DNA from: Kangiellaceae bacterium
GTDB lineage: Bacteria > Pseudomonadota > Gammaproteobacteria > Enterobacterales > Kangiellaceae
Assembly (NCBI GenBank): GCA_026196875.1
Contig: JAPHTP010000043.1
Coordinates: 12,660 to 76,659, forward strand
DNA: 64,000 bases
Reading direction: 5' to 3'
The notes beneath the pieces are model-generated. The model did no database searches and was not told the origin of the DNA. It was given only the letters and a program-made list of their open reading frames with translations. Numbering within the stretch: the stretch's first letter is position 1; the number at the start of each line of letters is the position of its first letter. A program made the translations under genes and the position numbers. Below are positions 39,508 through 50,300 of this stretch, one piece after another.

Positions 39508-39699
39508 TTACCCCATCCAGAATCCTTTGCGGTGAGAAACACCTAGAGTTTTACGGCAACTTGCACAAAAGTAGATGTAGCGTTTACCTAAAAATGCTTT
39601 AATTTCCTGATAGTACAAGTTGCTAATCTTCTGGTTGCAGTGAGGACACTCAGGTGAGATATCATTTCGTTCTTGTAGTTGAACCATACTTTTCTCCAT
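39508..39699 (-). CDS. Small zinc-ribbon protein (CPxC…CxxC), YheV-like
   Basis: 63 aa with CPHC-N19-CASC. A terminator lies downstream on the same strand. Confidence 0.35.
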   Translation of the reverse strand: MEKSMVQLQERNDISPECPHCNQKISNLYYQEIKAFLGKRYIYFCASCRKTLGVSHRKGFWMG

Positions 39700-39767
39700 T
39701 GCTTTATGGCATTATTCAAATAACGAATCGACAATCTCAAAATTCCCTTTTATGTCAGTTTTGAAAT

Positions 39768-40745
39768 TTAGCCAGCTACAGATATCACACTAATTCCGAC
39801 TCTCTTCTCTGCTTCAACCTTGCGGTGGGCGATGGACGCCTCTTCCATGGAAAAAATCTCGTCAATCGCCGGCGATATGCGCTTTTTAGTGAGCATTTCG
39901 GCCAAGCAATCTAATTCTTCCTGGCTTTCTTTGGCAAATCGAAAGATCACATCCTTTTGAGTTAACTTAGGAACCCAAATGCTGCGTATCATTTTTGAAA
40001 AAGATGGATTGGCAGTGAGATATTTACCGCCGGGTTTCAGTATTGCTAAACAGTTGTCTAGAGAACTATTAGCTACCATATCGAAAACAACATCGAATTC
40101 TTCTTTCAAATTACTAAATTCTTCTTGAGTATAGTCTACAAAATGATCGGCCCCGATTTCCTGAAGCATTCCTCCTTTAAATCCTATGTCGACTGCGGTG
40201 ACCTCTGCTCCCATATTTTTGGCTATCTGAAGCGCAAAAGATCCAATGCTCCCTCCAGCCCCATTAATTAGGACTTTTTGACCCTGCTTAATATCTGCTA
40301 AACGCATAAAGTGAAGCGCATTCAGTCCACCTAAAGGAGTTGCGGCTGCTTCTTCAAATGAAATGCCGGCCGGTTTTTTGGATAATGTTGCATTATGATC
40401 GACACACATAAATTCACCGTATGCGCCGAACGAAAGCCCAGTAGAACCAAAGACTTCATCACCAGCTTTAAAGCGGGTAACTTGCGAACCTACTTCTTCG
40501 ACTATACCGGAAAAATATCCGCCGAGAATACGCCGCCTCGGTCTGAAGATGCCTACTGCTAGCCTCAGGGGTAGCCAAAACCAGTTAACCGAGAAGTTAA
40601 AACTGCGCATCTCGCAGTCCGATTTTGTGGCTTCCGCAGCGCAGACTTTAACTAGTATTTGGTTTGACTTGGGCGATGGCTTAGAAACTTCTTCAACAGT
40701 AAGCACATCAGGAGAACCATATTCTTTGTAGACAATTGCTTTCAT
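39768..40745 (-). CDS. NAD(P)H:quinone oxidoreductase / zinc-type MDR alcohol-dehydrogenase family
   Basis: MKAIVYKEYGSPDVL…, Rossmann GAGGSIGSFALQIAK. ATG at 40745 preferred over TTG at 40751. AAGGA RBS upstream. Confidence 0.75.
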   Translation of the reverse strand: MKAIVYKEYGSPDVLTVEEVSKPSPKSNQILVKVCAAEATKSDCEMRSFNFSVNWFWLPLRLAVGIFRPRRRILGGYFSGIVEEVGSQVTRFKAGDEVFGSTGLSFGAYGEFMCVDHNATLSKKPAGISFEEAAATPLGGLNALHFMRLADIKQGQKVLINGAGGSIGSFALQIAKNMGAEVTAVDIGFKGGMLQEIGADHFVDYTQEEFSNLKEEFDVVFDMVANSSLDNCLAILKPGGKYLTANPSFSKMIRSIWVPKLTQKDVIFRFAKESQEELDCLAEMLTKKRISPAIDEIFSMEEASIAHRKVEAEKRVGISVISVAG

Positions 40746-40822
40746 AAACAAACCGTCCTTGTAGGGTCTATTTAGCGATTAGGAGAGTCTTAACGAATAA
40801 ACAAGATTAATATTCTATGGCA

Positions 40823-41104
40823 TTAATCAATTTTAAGTGTAGCCTTCATTTCACCACAACTCGCTTTAAATCCATCGAGTTCTAACTCCGCCAGTTTCCG
40901 GTTGATTTTTCTTACCTCTTCCATACTATTATTCTGTTCAGCCTTATCAAGGCTTGAGCGGATTTCTGATATCACTTCAGCATAGCACAAATTGGAGCTA
41001 AAGCTGGATGCAAACCCGCCACTGAAAAAACTGAACAAAAATAGTCCCGCAGCTGCAGCCAAGGTAAAAAAAGCTAAAGAACTTGTGGATATTTTTCGTT
41101 TCAT
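40823..41104 (-). CDS. Small secreted hypothetical protein
   Basis: Signal peptide. 93 aa. Confidence 0.3.
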   Translation of the reverse strand: MKRKISTSSLAFFTLAAAAGLFLFSFFSGGFASSFSSNLCYAEVISEIRSSLDKAEQNNSMEEVRKINRKLAELELDGFKASCGEMKATLKID

Positions 41105-41131
41105 TTGAATCCCTTACGAGCTTTAAATCGG

Positions 41132-41626
41132 TTATTCGCATACCTTAAACAAAGAAGTTGGCCCTTGCGACTTTCTCAGCAAAACTTCATGGTGGCCAGG
41201 AATGATCAACTCCGTTAATTCGCCTACTATCTCAAATCCACATTTTTGATAGAGTAACTGAGCATTCTTGTTAAAAGATGACACACAAATGTAGGCGTTT
41301 GCAAATTGTTTAAATATTTTTGACTCTCCATATTCTAAGAGTTTAGCTCCATATCCGCTGCCTTGGTATTCCGGTTTAACAAACAATGACTTAATAAAAC
41401 CGCCGCCAAGCATACCATTCAAAATTAAGACTAAGAAACCGGCCAATTGATTGTCAATTTTCAATATGTATTGTGAGTAGTCAGGATCAACGAAATTCTT
41501 AAGAGAATCTTCAAAGGTCCGGCCAACTTTTTTCCATGGATCGCTGTTTGCCATCATCTGTGCACATTGAGATGCCAATTTATCAGGCATAGAAATTATT
41601 TCGAAGTCGCGAGTTTGATTCATCAA
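41132..41626 (-). CDS. GNAT-family N-acetyltransferase
   Basis: Q/RxxGxG/A-like motif YQGSGYGAKLLEY. 164 aa. Confidence 0.7.
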   Translation of the reverse strand: MMNQTRDFEIISMPDKLASQCAQMMANSDPWKKVGRTFEDSLKNFVDPDYSQYILKIDNQLAGFLVLILNGMLGGGFIKSLFVKPEYQGSGYGAKLLEYGESKIFKQFANAYICVSSFNKNAQLLYQKCGFEIVGELTELIIPGHHEVLLRKSQGPTSLFKVCE

Positions 41627-42042
41627 TCTTTCACAGGTAACCCGTCAAAGCTTTTCAATTCGTTAGCGGGAACATACCATGCCGCATCAAAGGCGCAAAA
41701 TATATTTTGGGTCGGTTTGATACCGGGATCATCATCTAAGGTTCCGGCGGGAACAACTACTGTTTTTCCGGACTGGATGAGCCAAGGTAACGAAGAACCG
41801 CAGTTTTTACAAAAACAGGTTGCAAAGTACTTCGCCTCAGGTAATTCATAGCGACCGATCAATTCTTGTCCAGTAGCCCATTCAAAGTTTTCAGGTTTCA
41901 CGAATATATTGGCTGCGTGGGCACTGCCAGTAAATTTTCGGCATCTTTCACAGTGACAGTATTGAAAAATTCCAATGCTTTCTGAGAATCGATAAGTTAC
42001 TTTCCCACACAAACAGCTTCCATTAACATTTTGAGATGACAT
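41623..42042 (-). CDS. GFA (glutathione-dependent formaldehyde-activating / CENP-V-like) family protein
   Basis: CLCGKV…CHCERCRK Cys pattern. Confidence 0.7.
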   Translation of the reverse strand: MSSQNVNGSCLCGKVTYRFSESIGIFQYCHCERCRKFTGSAHAANIFVKPENFEWATGQELIGRYELPEAKYFATCFCKNCGSSLPWLIQSGKTVVVPAGTLDDDPGIKPTQNIFCAFDAAWYVPANELKSFDGLPVKD

Positions 42043-42060
42043 GGGTAACTACTCCATTTA

Positions 42061-42474
42061 TTAAATAATTTTTATTGGGCACCATAATTCCTGCCATCGA
42101 GATGCCTTATCTTCAGCGCCAAGTAATTTAGGAGAAACCGTTTGGCTTGAATGGGGGCTTTCAACGCTACGCAGACAAGCGTAATTGGCGGCGCCAAAGA
42201 AGTTCGGATTTTGATTATAAATAACGGCGAACACCTGCTCACACTTGTTGCATTCGAGAAATCGAGCTTGATTACTACCTTGTTGTTTAAATTTGGCCAA
42301 ACTGCTTTTAGAGAGTATAAGGAGTCCATTTGGATCAGAAATATATTCGATATTTCTCTTAGTGCAGAAATCACAGTCACAACGCCTTGGTATATATTCT
42401 CTGAGCGCTTTTGGAAGTTGCAACTCAAATTCATTTTCGCCGCATCGACAGGATCCAGAATAGCTTTGCATCAT
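42061..42474 (-). CDS. GFA-family-like protein (second copy)
   Basis: CRCGENEFE…CDCDFCTK Cys pattern. Confidence 0.5.
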   Translation of the reverse strand: MMQSYSGSCRCGENEFELQLPKALREYIPRRCDCDFCTKRNIEYISDPNGLLILSKSSLAKFKQQGSNQARFLECNKCEQVFAVIYNQNPNFFGAANYACLRSVESPHSSQTVSPKLLGAEDKASRWQELWCPIKII

Positions 42475-42524
42475 TTGTAGTTATTTCCTTAATGGCACAA
42501 AAAAGGACGCTGATGCGTCCTTTT

Positions 42525-44459
42525 CTATTTTTGTTTGAAAGCGGCGTTAATTCTTTTTACAAAGATGTCAGCGCCTTCAAAACCAATCGCTCTAAGTCTT
42601 TTATCTTCATTACCATTCTTGTCAAAAAACAAAATGCTGGGTAGGCCGACAACTCCATAATGATTCATTAGTGCCTTATCTATGGAATCATTCTTAGTTA
42701 CATCTGCTTGAATTAGCACGGTGTTTGCCAAGGCTGCTTTTACATTTGGATCAGGGAAAGTGTAATCGGCAAACTCATAGCAAGCGGTGCAACTTTCCGC
42801 AAAGAAATCGAACATTACTGACTTTCCTTCGGCATTGGCTTGCGCAACTTCTCTTTCCACATCTTCAATACTCTTAACTAGCTTAAAATCGCCATGCGCA
42901 TCAGGTAGCGCGTGTTCACCTGCTTGTGATACGCCGGCAAAGTTGACGTTTGCCAGCGGTGAGAACAAGCGACTGTTTCCGGTAGAAGCGCCTAAAACTA
43001 AAATCACGCCATACACTAGAAAAACAATCCCGACGCCTTTCCAAAGTTTTTGCCCACTAGACTCAACCTGTGACAAGGCACCCATATAAATAGAAGTCAC
43101 AATTAATAACGTCGCCCAGGCAAAAAGATAAAGTGGTCCGGGAATTAGATGTTTAGAAATGTATAACGCCATTCCTAACATGCCGACACCAAATGCGGCT
43201 TTTACTGCATTCATCCAAGCGCCTGCTCTAGGTAGTAACTTATTACCACCAACCCCGACGATCAATAGCGGGATCCCCATACCTAATGCCAACGAATAAA
43301 GGGCAACGCCTCCAATTACAGTATCACCTGTTTGCGCGATATAGATTAGAACCCCTGCTAGAGGGACGGTAACGCACGGAGAAACTACCAATGCAGATAT
43401 GGCACCCATAATGCCCGCGCCAATGTAAGAGCCACTTTGCTGATTATTGGAAAGATTATTGAGACGATTTTGTAAACTTTGTGGTAATTGAAGTTCATAG
43501 AAACCGAACATGGCAAGTGAAAGTAAAACAAATATTCCAGCGGTGATACCGATAAACAATGGCTCCTGGAAGGTATTTGCAAGCCCTTCTCCTGCTGCGC
43601 CGACAATAATTCCGATAATGGTATAGGGGATTGCCATCGCTTGAGTGTAAGTTAATGAAAGTCCAAACGCTTTGCCGGAGCTGATTTTTTTCCCTTGTCC
43701 GACAATAATGCTAGATAGAATAGGTACCATTGGCAGTACACAAGGTGTAAATGCTAAAGCGACGCCTAATAAAACGAAGTAAAAAATAATCTCAACTAGG
43801 CTTTTGTCAGTCAGAACATTAACAACTTTTTCTTGTTCTGGAACAAATTCTTCTCCCGCAGAAGCGGAATTCTCATTGGATTGAACTGGAGTACTAACTT
43901 GCGAGACTGATTTACTTGAATCGCCACCGCTAACCGGCGCGGCAGCAGTAACATTATCTACAAATAATTGAATACGCTTTTCTTCTGGTGGGTAGCAAAG
44001 TCCAGCTTCTGCGCAACCTTGATACTCTATGACAAAAGTAAATTCATTTTGCTGTGCGGTAAAGGGAACGCTAATTTCCAAATGGTTATAGTAAACTTCT
44101 ACATTACCTAAATATTCGTCTACTTTTTTCTTACCATCAGGAATATAGGCTTTTCCAAGAGTGGCGCCCTCAGCATTAAAGAAGAAACGACTGCGGTACA
44201 TATAGTAGTCATCGGCAATTTTAAATTTAGCAATGATATCTTGATCAACTATTTCGGTTGAGAGTATAAAAGCTTCGTCAACTTTTAAAAATTCATTATC
44301 GGTAGCAAATAATGCGGAAAGATCTTCTTCCTCTGCGAGTGCAGGCATTGTGATGCTAGCTAAAGATAAAAATAAAGCCGTGATTAACGACTTGATGCTT
44401 AGTTTGTTCATTTTCATTTGGGTCAAAAACTCTACACTGTCTTTCACTAACCTATTCAT
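42525..44459 (-). CDS. dsbD: Thiol:disulfide interchange protein DsbD
   Basis: Signal peptide plus periplasmic α-domain, TM core, C-terminal thioredoxin-like domain with CTAC. Confidence 0.85.
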   Translation of the reverse strand: MNRLVKDSVEFLTQMKMNKLSIKSLITALFLSLASITMPALAEEEDLSALFATDNEFLKVDEAFILSTEIVDQDIIAKFKIADDYYMYRSRFFFNAEGATLGKAYIPDGKKKVDEYLGNVEVYYNHLEISVPFTAQQNEFTFVIEYQGCAEAGLCYPPEEKRIQLFVDNVTAAAPVSGGDSSKSVSQVSTPVQSNENSASAGEEFVPEQEKVVNVLTDKSLVEIIFYFVLLGVALAFTPCVLPMVPILSSIIVGQGKKISSGKAFGLSLTYTQAMAIPYTIIGIIVGAAGEGLANTFQEPLFIGITAGIFVLLSLAMFGFYELQLPQSLQNRLNNLSNNQQSGSYIGAGIMGAISALVVSPCVTVPLAGVLIYIAQTGDTVIGGVALYSLALGMGIPLLIVGVGGNKLLPRAGAWMNAVKAAFGVGMLGMALYISKHLIPGPLYLFAWATLLIVTSIYMGALSQVESSGQKLWKGVGIVFLVYGVILVLGASTGNSRLFSPLANVNFAGVSQAGEHALPDAHGDFKLVKSIEDVEREVAQANAEGKSVMFDFFAESCTACYEFADYTFPDPNVKAALANTVLIQADVTKNDSIDKALMNHYGVVGLPSILFFDKNGNEDKRLRAIGFEGADIFVKRINAAFKQK

Positions 44460-44782
44460 TAACTTAGTGAAGAATTAATCCAGGACAAATAATCAGTGGC
44501 ACCGTCAACGATGTCCAGAACGATGAACTCAGGCACTTCATAGGGATGTAAGTCCCTAAGTTTATGCTCTAAATCACCAATTTTCTGCGCATTGGTCTTC
44601 ATTTGCAGCAAAAATTCATGATCTTCGGCGATTTCACCTTGCCAATGATACAAAGATAAACTCCTTGCACTGATATTGACGCAGGCTACCAGCTTTTGTT
44701 GCAAAAGACTCTTCGCAATTTGACGGGCGGTCGATTCATCGTCCACAGTGGTCAAGCACAATTTGAATTCTGAATCGGCCAT
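44459..44782 (-). CDS. cutA: Divalent-cation tolerance protein CutA
   Basis: 107 aa with …HPYEVPEFIVL…. Immediately upstream of dsbD, as in E. coli cutA-dsbD. Confidence 0.85.
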   Translation of the reverse strand: MADSEFKLCLTTVDDESTARQIAKSLLQQKLVACVNISARSLSLYHWQGEIAEDHEFLLQMKTNAQKIGDLEHKLRDLHPYEVPEFIVLDIVDGATDYLSWINSSLS

Positions 44783-44816
44783 TCTATCTTAATTATCAAT
44801 TAGTTAGCAGATATCT

Positions 44817-46517
44817 TTAAGCTTTTATCTCTTCACAAGGTAAGATCTGATCGCCACCGGATTCCATAGCCAATTTTAATTGCTGGGTACTACGCTCAAA
44901 CCATTTATGCGCATCGGAATTTGTGGAAAGTGCGGAGAGTCCGACACTAACTGTCAACGGCTTGTCCTGGTGTTGCAGATGAAATGGGAGCTCGGCAAAC
45001 TGCAGTCGGATTTCATCCATAATGGTTTTCCAGTCACTCTTAGTTCCAGTGGTTAAAATAATCCCCAGCTGACCAGTTTCCAAGTGACCCAGTATATCGG
45101 TTTTTCGTAATCGTTTTTTGAGTAGTAAGGCCAACTGTTGGATTGCCACGTTAATAAGCGAGAAACTGGCACCTTTGACTAAGTTTTCTGCCTCGTCAAG
45201 TTGTAAAATGGCTAGGGCGGCGTTACCGCTGTTACGGGTCATGCGCGCTGCTTCAATAGAGATTTGTTGCTTAAACTGAGGCGCAAAAACCAGTCCAGTA
45301 TCAGGATTTATGCCGATCTGTGGATTAAGGCCTCTAAATCGCTTGGCATATAAAGTGGCCATAAACATTAACTGTTCTTTTTGTGCGGGCTTTACAATAA
45401 ATGAAGTCCCACCTGCCAATAACGCCTGATTTTGTTTTTTACCGCTTTCTTCAGCGGATAGGAAAATAATAGGTAAATAGGCGTAGCGCGGCATTTGACG
45501 GATGATTCGTGTTAATTCGATGCCGGAACAACCAGGCATCTGCATATCCATTAGGAGTACTTCAGGCTCAAAACCTCGTAGGGCTTCAAACAAGACTTCT
45601 GGGTTATTGACAATGCGAATATCAAAATGCCCTTTTGCGAGCACTTTCTCATAGTATCGGGCCTGCGCTTTTGAATCTTCCATGACCAGAATGCGGTACG
45701 GAGAATCAGCATGAATATCGTATTGTCTCTCGATTAGATCGAGCAAACCTGAGATAGAGATAGGCTCTACTAAGTAACCTGTTCCGCCGCTACGTAAGGC
45801 GAGTAGCCTATCTGCTTGGTTGTCTTCTTCGGCGGTGTAGATTAGAGGGATGCGGTTGACTTCAATTTCTTCATCGCCCAATTGTTCATTGGTCTCTGCA
45901 AACTTAATTGGTGCAACTATCACCGAGCCAGGGTTGTCGATGGCGTGTTGTCTGGCTTCGCTGAGGTTAGTGACATGATGAACTTCCACCCCGAGAGAAA
46001 CAAACTGCTGGCCCATTGACTCAAAACGCTCGCCTGATTCGCTAACAAAAATAATAACGCCTTTGTCTAAATAAATACCTTGCTCTTCAAGAGAGTGGTC
46101 AACGCTATCGTCCTCATCAACTTCTTCACTGGAGTGGGTAGAAACAGCCTTTGGTTCTTCTGCTGGTGGCGGAGAGGCAACTTCTTTAGCGGGTTTTACA
46201 CCAAGTTCGAGTTTTTCCGAATGCTCTTGCAGTTTATTTGATAATCTTTTAAGCAGTGGCTTTTGTGTCTCAAGTGAATCCTCACTCATGGACAGTTGTT
46301 TAAACACTTGATTAAGCAGTTTAGCTGTAGACTCAAATTCCTGGGCTAAACAAGCTTCACGGGTTTTATTAACCTGTGAAAGTAGTGCTTTAACTCTTAA
46401 CGGGTCAATCTTTTGACTCAGCATATCGTTAAGCAAGCGAGAAAATTGACGTAACTTTACCGGAGTACGACGTAAAAACTGCTGGTTAACTTCGTGACTA
46501 ATCGGGCTATCTGACAT
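44817..46517 (-). CDS. Response regulator with pseudo-receiver plus receiver domains and a degenerate GGDEF output domain
   Basis: Receiver LLMDMQMPGCSGIEL. C-terminal GGDEF-fold with the active-site motif replaced (ETGQL). Confidence 0.6.
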   Translation of the reverse strand: MSDSPISHEVNQQFLRRTPVKLRQFSRLLNDMLSQKIDPLRVKALLSQVNKTREACLAQEFESTAKLLNQVFKQLSMSEDSLETQKPLLKRLSNKLQEHSEKLELGVKPAKEVASPPPAEEPKAVSTHSSEEVDEDDSVDHSLEEQGIYLDKGVIIFVSESGERFESMGQQFVSLGVEVHHVTNLSEARQHAIDNPGSVIVAPIKFAETNEQLGDEEIEVNRIPLIYTAEEDNQADRLLALRSGGTGYLVEPISISGLLDLIERQYDIHADSPYRILVMEDSKAQARYYEKVLAKGHFDIRIVNNPEVLFEALRGFEPEVLLMDMQMPGCSGIELTRIIRQMPRYAYLPIIFLSAEESGKKQNQALLAGGTSFIVKPAQKEQLMFMATLYAKRFRGLNPQIGINPDTGLVFAPQFKQQISIEAARMTRNSGNAALAILQLDEAENLVKGASFSLINVAIQQLALLLKKRLRKTDILGHLETGQLGIILTTGTKSDWKTIMDEIRLQFAELPFHLQHQDKPLTVSVGLSALSTNSDAHKWFERSTQQLKLAMESGGDQILPCEEIKA

Positions 46518-46793
46518 GAAAAAAAGGCTTTGATCTTGTTGTTAGTTGTTGATTTTAAACGTTAGTCCTCATTAGAGAACCTCACATTAACTAGGATCAA
46601 TAATAGCATGTATTTAGCGCAACAAAATGCAAATTCATTAACAAGTGACGGACTGTGTAATAAAATTGTGAAACAAATAGTTACTTATTCTGATTTGAAA
46701 AAACCTTACTAAGCCTCATAACTAGGTAAGGAGATAATTATTCTCTCGTTTAGGTGTTTTTAGTTTGTTAATTTGTACTCTCAGGAGACCAAT

Positions 46794-47312
46794 TTGAGGT
46801 TCCTATTTTTATTATTTATTTTGATGCCCATTGTTGAAATCGGTGTGTTTATCCAAGTTGGTGACATTGTTGGACTTGGTCCAACCCTATTAATGGTCTT
46901 GGCAACGGCGATAATTGGTGTAAATCTTCTTAAAAGACAGGGATTGCGCACCTGGCAAGAGATCCAAACTCAACTAGCTCAAGGCCAAGTTCCGGCGATG
47001 GCGATGGCATCTGCAGCGCAATTGTTATTTGCTGGAGGTTTATTGCTTACCCCTGGTTTTGTCACGGACACTATTGGCTTCGCACTTCTCGTTCCGGCAG
47101 TACGTCATGCCGTAGCTCACCAGCTCATTAAAAACTGGACCCATAAGGCTACTAAAGTGCATCAAGGTGGTTTTTACCACCAATCATACAGTGGAAGGGC
47201 TGATGAAACTCATGCTCAAGAGCCGTTCTCACAACAAAAATCTTCTCGAGATAACAATCGTGTTAACAGTGGAGACGTCATAGAAGGCGAATTCGAGGAT
47301 CATACCCGCTAA
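46794..47312 (+). CDS. fxsA: FxsA (cytoplasmic membrane protein)
   Basis: …IVEIGVFIQVGDIVG…LLLTPGFVTDTIGFALLVP… matches remembered E. coli FxsA. TTG at 46794 with AGGAGA RBS at 46783–46788 is preferred over the track's TTG at 46773. Confidence 0.75.
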   Translation: MRFLFLLFILMPIVEIGVFIQVGDIVGLGPTLLMVLATAIIGVNLLKRQGLRTWQEIQTQLAQGQVPAMAMASAAQLLFAGGLLLTPGFVTDTIGFALLVPAVRHAVAHQLIKNWTHKATKVHQGGFYHQSYSGRADETHAQEPFSQQKSSRDNNRVNSGDVIEGEFEDHTR

Positions 47313-47395
47313 AATTTGAGTTACTCAATTAATCATCAAAACTTATAACTCACTGCTATAATTGGTAATATTCACAACTCCAATGATATGAATAG

Positions 47396-50300
47396 ATGGG
47401 TGCAGCACTGAGGTTGGCATTAGTTTGCCTGATTTTTCCCCTTTCTCTAAATTTGCTCGCATCGTCACAGGTAAGGCTCACTCATATCAACACCGAAGAC
47501 GGTTTAAATCAAAGCAACATTACCGGATTGGTGCAAGACAAAGACGGTTACTTGTGGATTAGTTCCAGGCAAGGCATTAATCGTTATGATGGTTATCGCG
47601 TTTCGCAGGTTCATAGCCCCGACAATATTCTCCTAAACAATTATGTTGAATCCATTTTCGAAGATTCTATGGGGCTTTTTTGGCTGGGGGCTGCACCGGC
47701 TCACAATTTCATATTAGATAAAGAAAGAAATAATCTCACGGAGATAAAGTTTAGTGTTCCGCCTGACTACAAGCTGGAATTTCCGATCATTAATCGAGTA
47801 ACGGAGGATCAAGGCCAAAATTTATGGATCGCGACTTACTATGAACTTTTTTATTATCATCGTAACGAAAATCGATTTGAATTTGTCCTCGAATTAAATC
47901 AGCTTTTCGATAATAAAGACAAACAACACTCCATTCGCGCACTTTTGCTCGTTAATAGTCGACTTCTTATTGCAACTTCTAGCGGTCTATTTGTCCACGA
48001 TATTTCTACTCGTCAAACTAAAAGGGTTCAACATCTTCCAGTTAAGAATGATGTTGATGATCAAAATAACGTTAAAACACTGTTACTTAATCGCCAAGGA
48101 AAAATTCTAGTTGGTACAGTTGAAGGTCTATTCGAAATTGATCAACAACTCCTCAGCACTCCACAAGCCGAAACTCAAGTTTTAGGAAATGGATTAGTAG
48201 AACAACTCAATATCTGGTCAATTATTGAAGAGCCAAATTTTTATTGGCTGGCAACAGATAAAGGTCTCTATAAATTAGGAAAACAAAATAACCGACTTGA
48301 ATTTATTTTTAAATTCTCGGATACACCTTTTAATACTGGAGATGACGATATCGTCGTAATGATCAAAGACCGTGAAGATAGTCTCTGGTTTGGAACGCGT
48401 GGCGATGGCATTTTTAAATGGAAGCCGAACCCCGCTATTAAGGCTCATTATTGGGATTCAGATTCTGCTAAATCAAGATTAAGTGACAATTCAGTAAACG
48501 CAGTACACCAAAGCCAACAAAGTGAAGTATGGGTTGGTACTCAAAATGGACTCAATTTAATCGACCCTTCTAACAAAGAAGTAAAACATTTTCTTGTCAA
48601 CCCCGATGAAAAAGCGGTAACAAGCGACAGTTCCATTTATTCTATTGCTCAAAGAGATGGAGAGCTTTGGTTAAACACTAACGGAGGTTTAAAGGTATTT
48701 AATCGCCAATCTAAAAAAGTTGTTAGCCGTATTTTTCCTGAAACAGAAAAAGAGGTTTTTAATAAGCCTTTTTTCGATATACATTTTTTTGATAATGAAA
48801 AATTGGCGCTAACGAATGACGATGGGATGTATATTTACGACCTTACCAAGAATACCGTGACCTTAGTTGAGTCGACCCGGACCAACGGCGAGATTGCGCC
48901 TGCCTTAGGTGCCATTTTTGATATTGCAACAGGTGATCACAATAGTTATTTCGTTTCTGGAGTCGACCGTTTAGTCAAGTTTTCTGTTGCGACAGGCGAA
49001 GTATCCGATTTTCATAAGTTACCACCCAGTGATAACTTCCGCTCCCAACCAAGTGACATTTATCGTGATAACGACAAGCTATGGGTGACTTATGCTGGTT
49101 ACGGTGTTTATATACTCGACGCCAATACTGGTGAAGAGATTCGATTTATGAGCGAAGCGGATCTCGGAAGCAATACCATAATGGATATGTTTCCCGACAA
49201 CTTCGGGAATTTATGGTTCAGCACAAACGAAGGATTACTTAGGGTTAATAAACTGAATTATTCAAGTCGTATATACGATAGTAGTGATGGTTTTGCTACG
49301 TCTGAGTTTAATGGTGGTTCAATGTTCAGACAAGCCGATGGAGATATTTTTGTCGGCAGTGTAAAAGGCGTATTTGAATTCTCGCCCAACCAGTTGGTCA
49401 ATCGTAATCAAAGAAAAATCTACAATAAGATCACAAGAGCGTCGTTATTATCAAAACCAATTGACAAGATGTATGGCGACCACAATGACCAACAGATCGT
49501 AATGGAGCACGATGACTTCGGGTTAAAAATTGAATTCTCTGCTTTATTACTCGACAAGCCAAAACAAGTAAAATACCGTTATTGGATAGATGGAGATGTT
49601 GTTACTGACCCTATCACTACAAGCAAGAGTGAGCTTTTTTTACCGACATTTGAACAAGGGGTAAGTGTATTAAACATAAGTGCTATAGATTATGATACTG
49701 GCGTTGAATCTGAACCCGCTAAAGTAACCATAATCAGCAAACCGCATCCGCTCCTATCCAATTTTGCCTATACGTTTTATACCCTAACAATTCTGCTTGT
49801 TTCTTGGTTTAATTTTTACCACTATCAAAAAAGAGCAATAGCAAAAAAGGTAGCTCACAGAAAACTTCAACAAAGTGAGGAAAGGCTCAACCTCGCTCTT
49901 AAAGGTGGTAATAGTGGCCTCTGGGATTGGCATGCCAAAGACAACTTAATTTATGAGCCTAGGCTTGCAAACAAGTCTAATAGTAAAGAAGACAGAGTAG
50001 CTTTCGAAAAAAGGATTGCAGCGATTCACCCGGATGACCAGGAGAAATTCCTCGCTGCCTGGGCAACTTTTATGGTGCAGGATAAAAGTGTTTTCGACGT
50101 TGTATACCGAATGAAGAACGACAATGATAATTGGGCTTGGTACCGAGATATGGCTACGGTTTCGGAATATGACGAAAACAGTAAGCCGGTTAGAATTACC
50201 GGGACTTTTACCAATATCACCGAAAGAAAAGAAGCGCGAGACAAAATGAGATTGTTTTCAACGGCATTTGAAAACACTCGAGATATCGTCTTCGTATTAA

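Noticed and set aside
42072-42480. Overlapping 120-aa (-) and 109-aa (+) ORFs across the second GFA gene
   Set aside because: The 137-aa frame carries the CxC…CxCxxC GFA pattern. The alternatives have no motifs.
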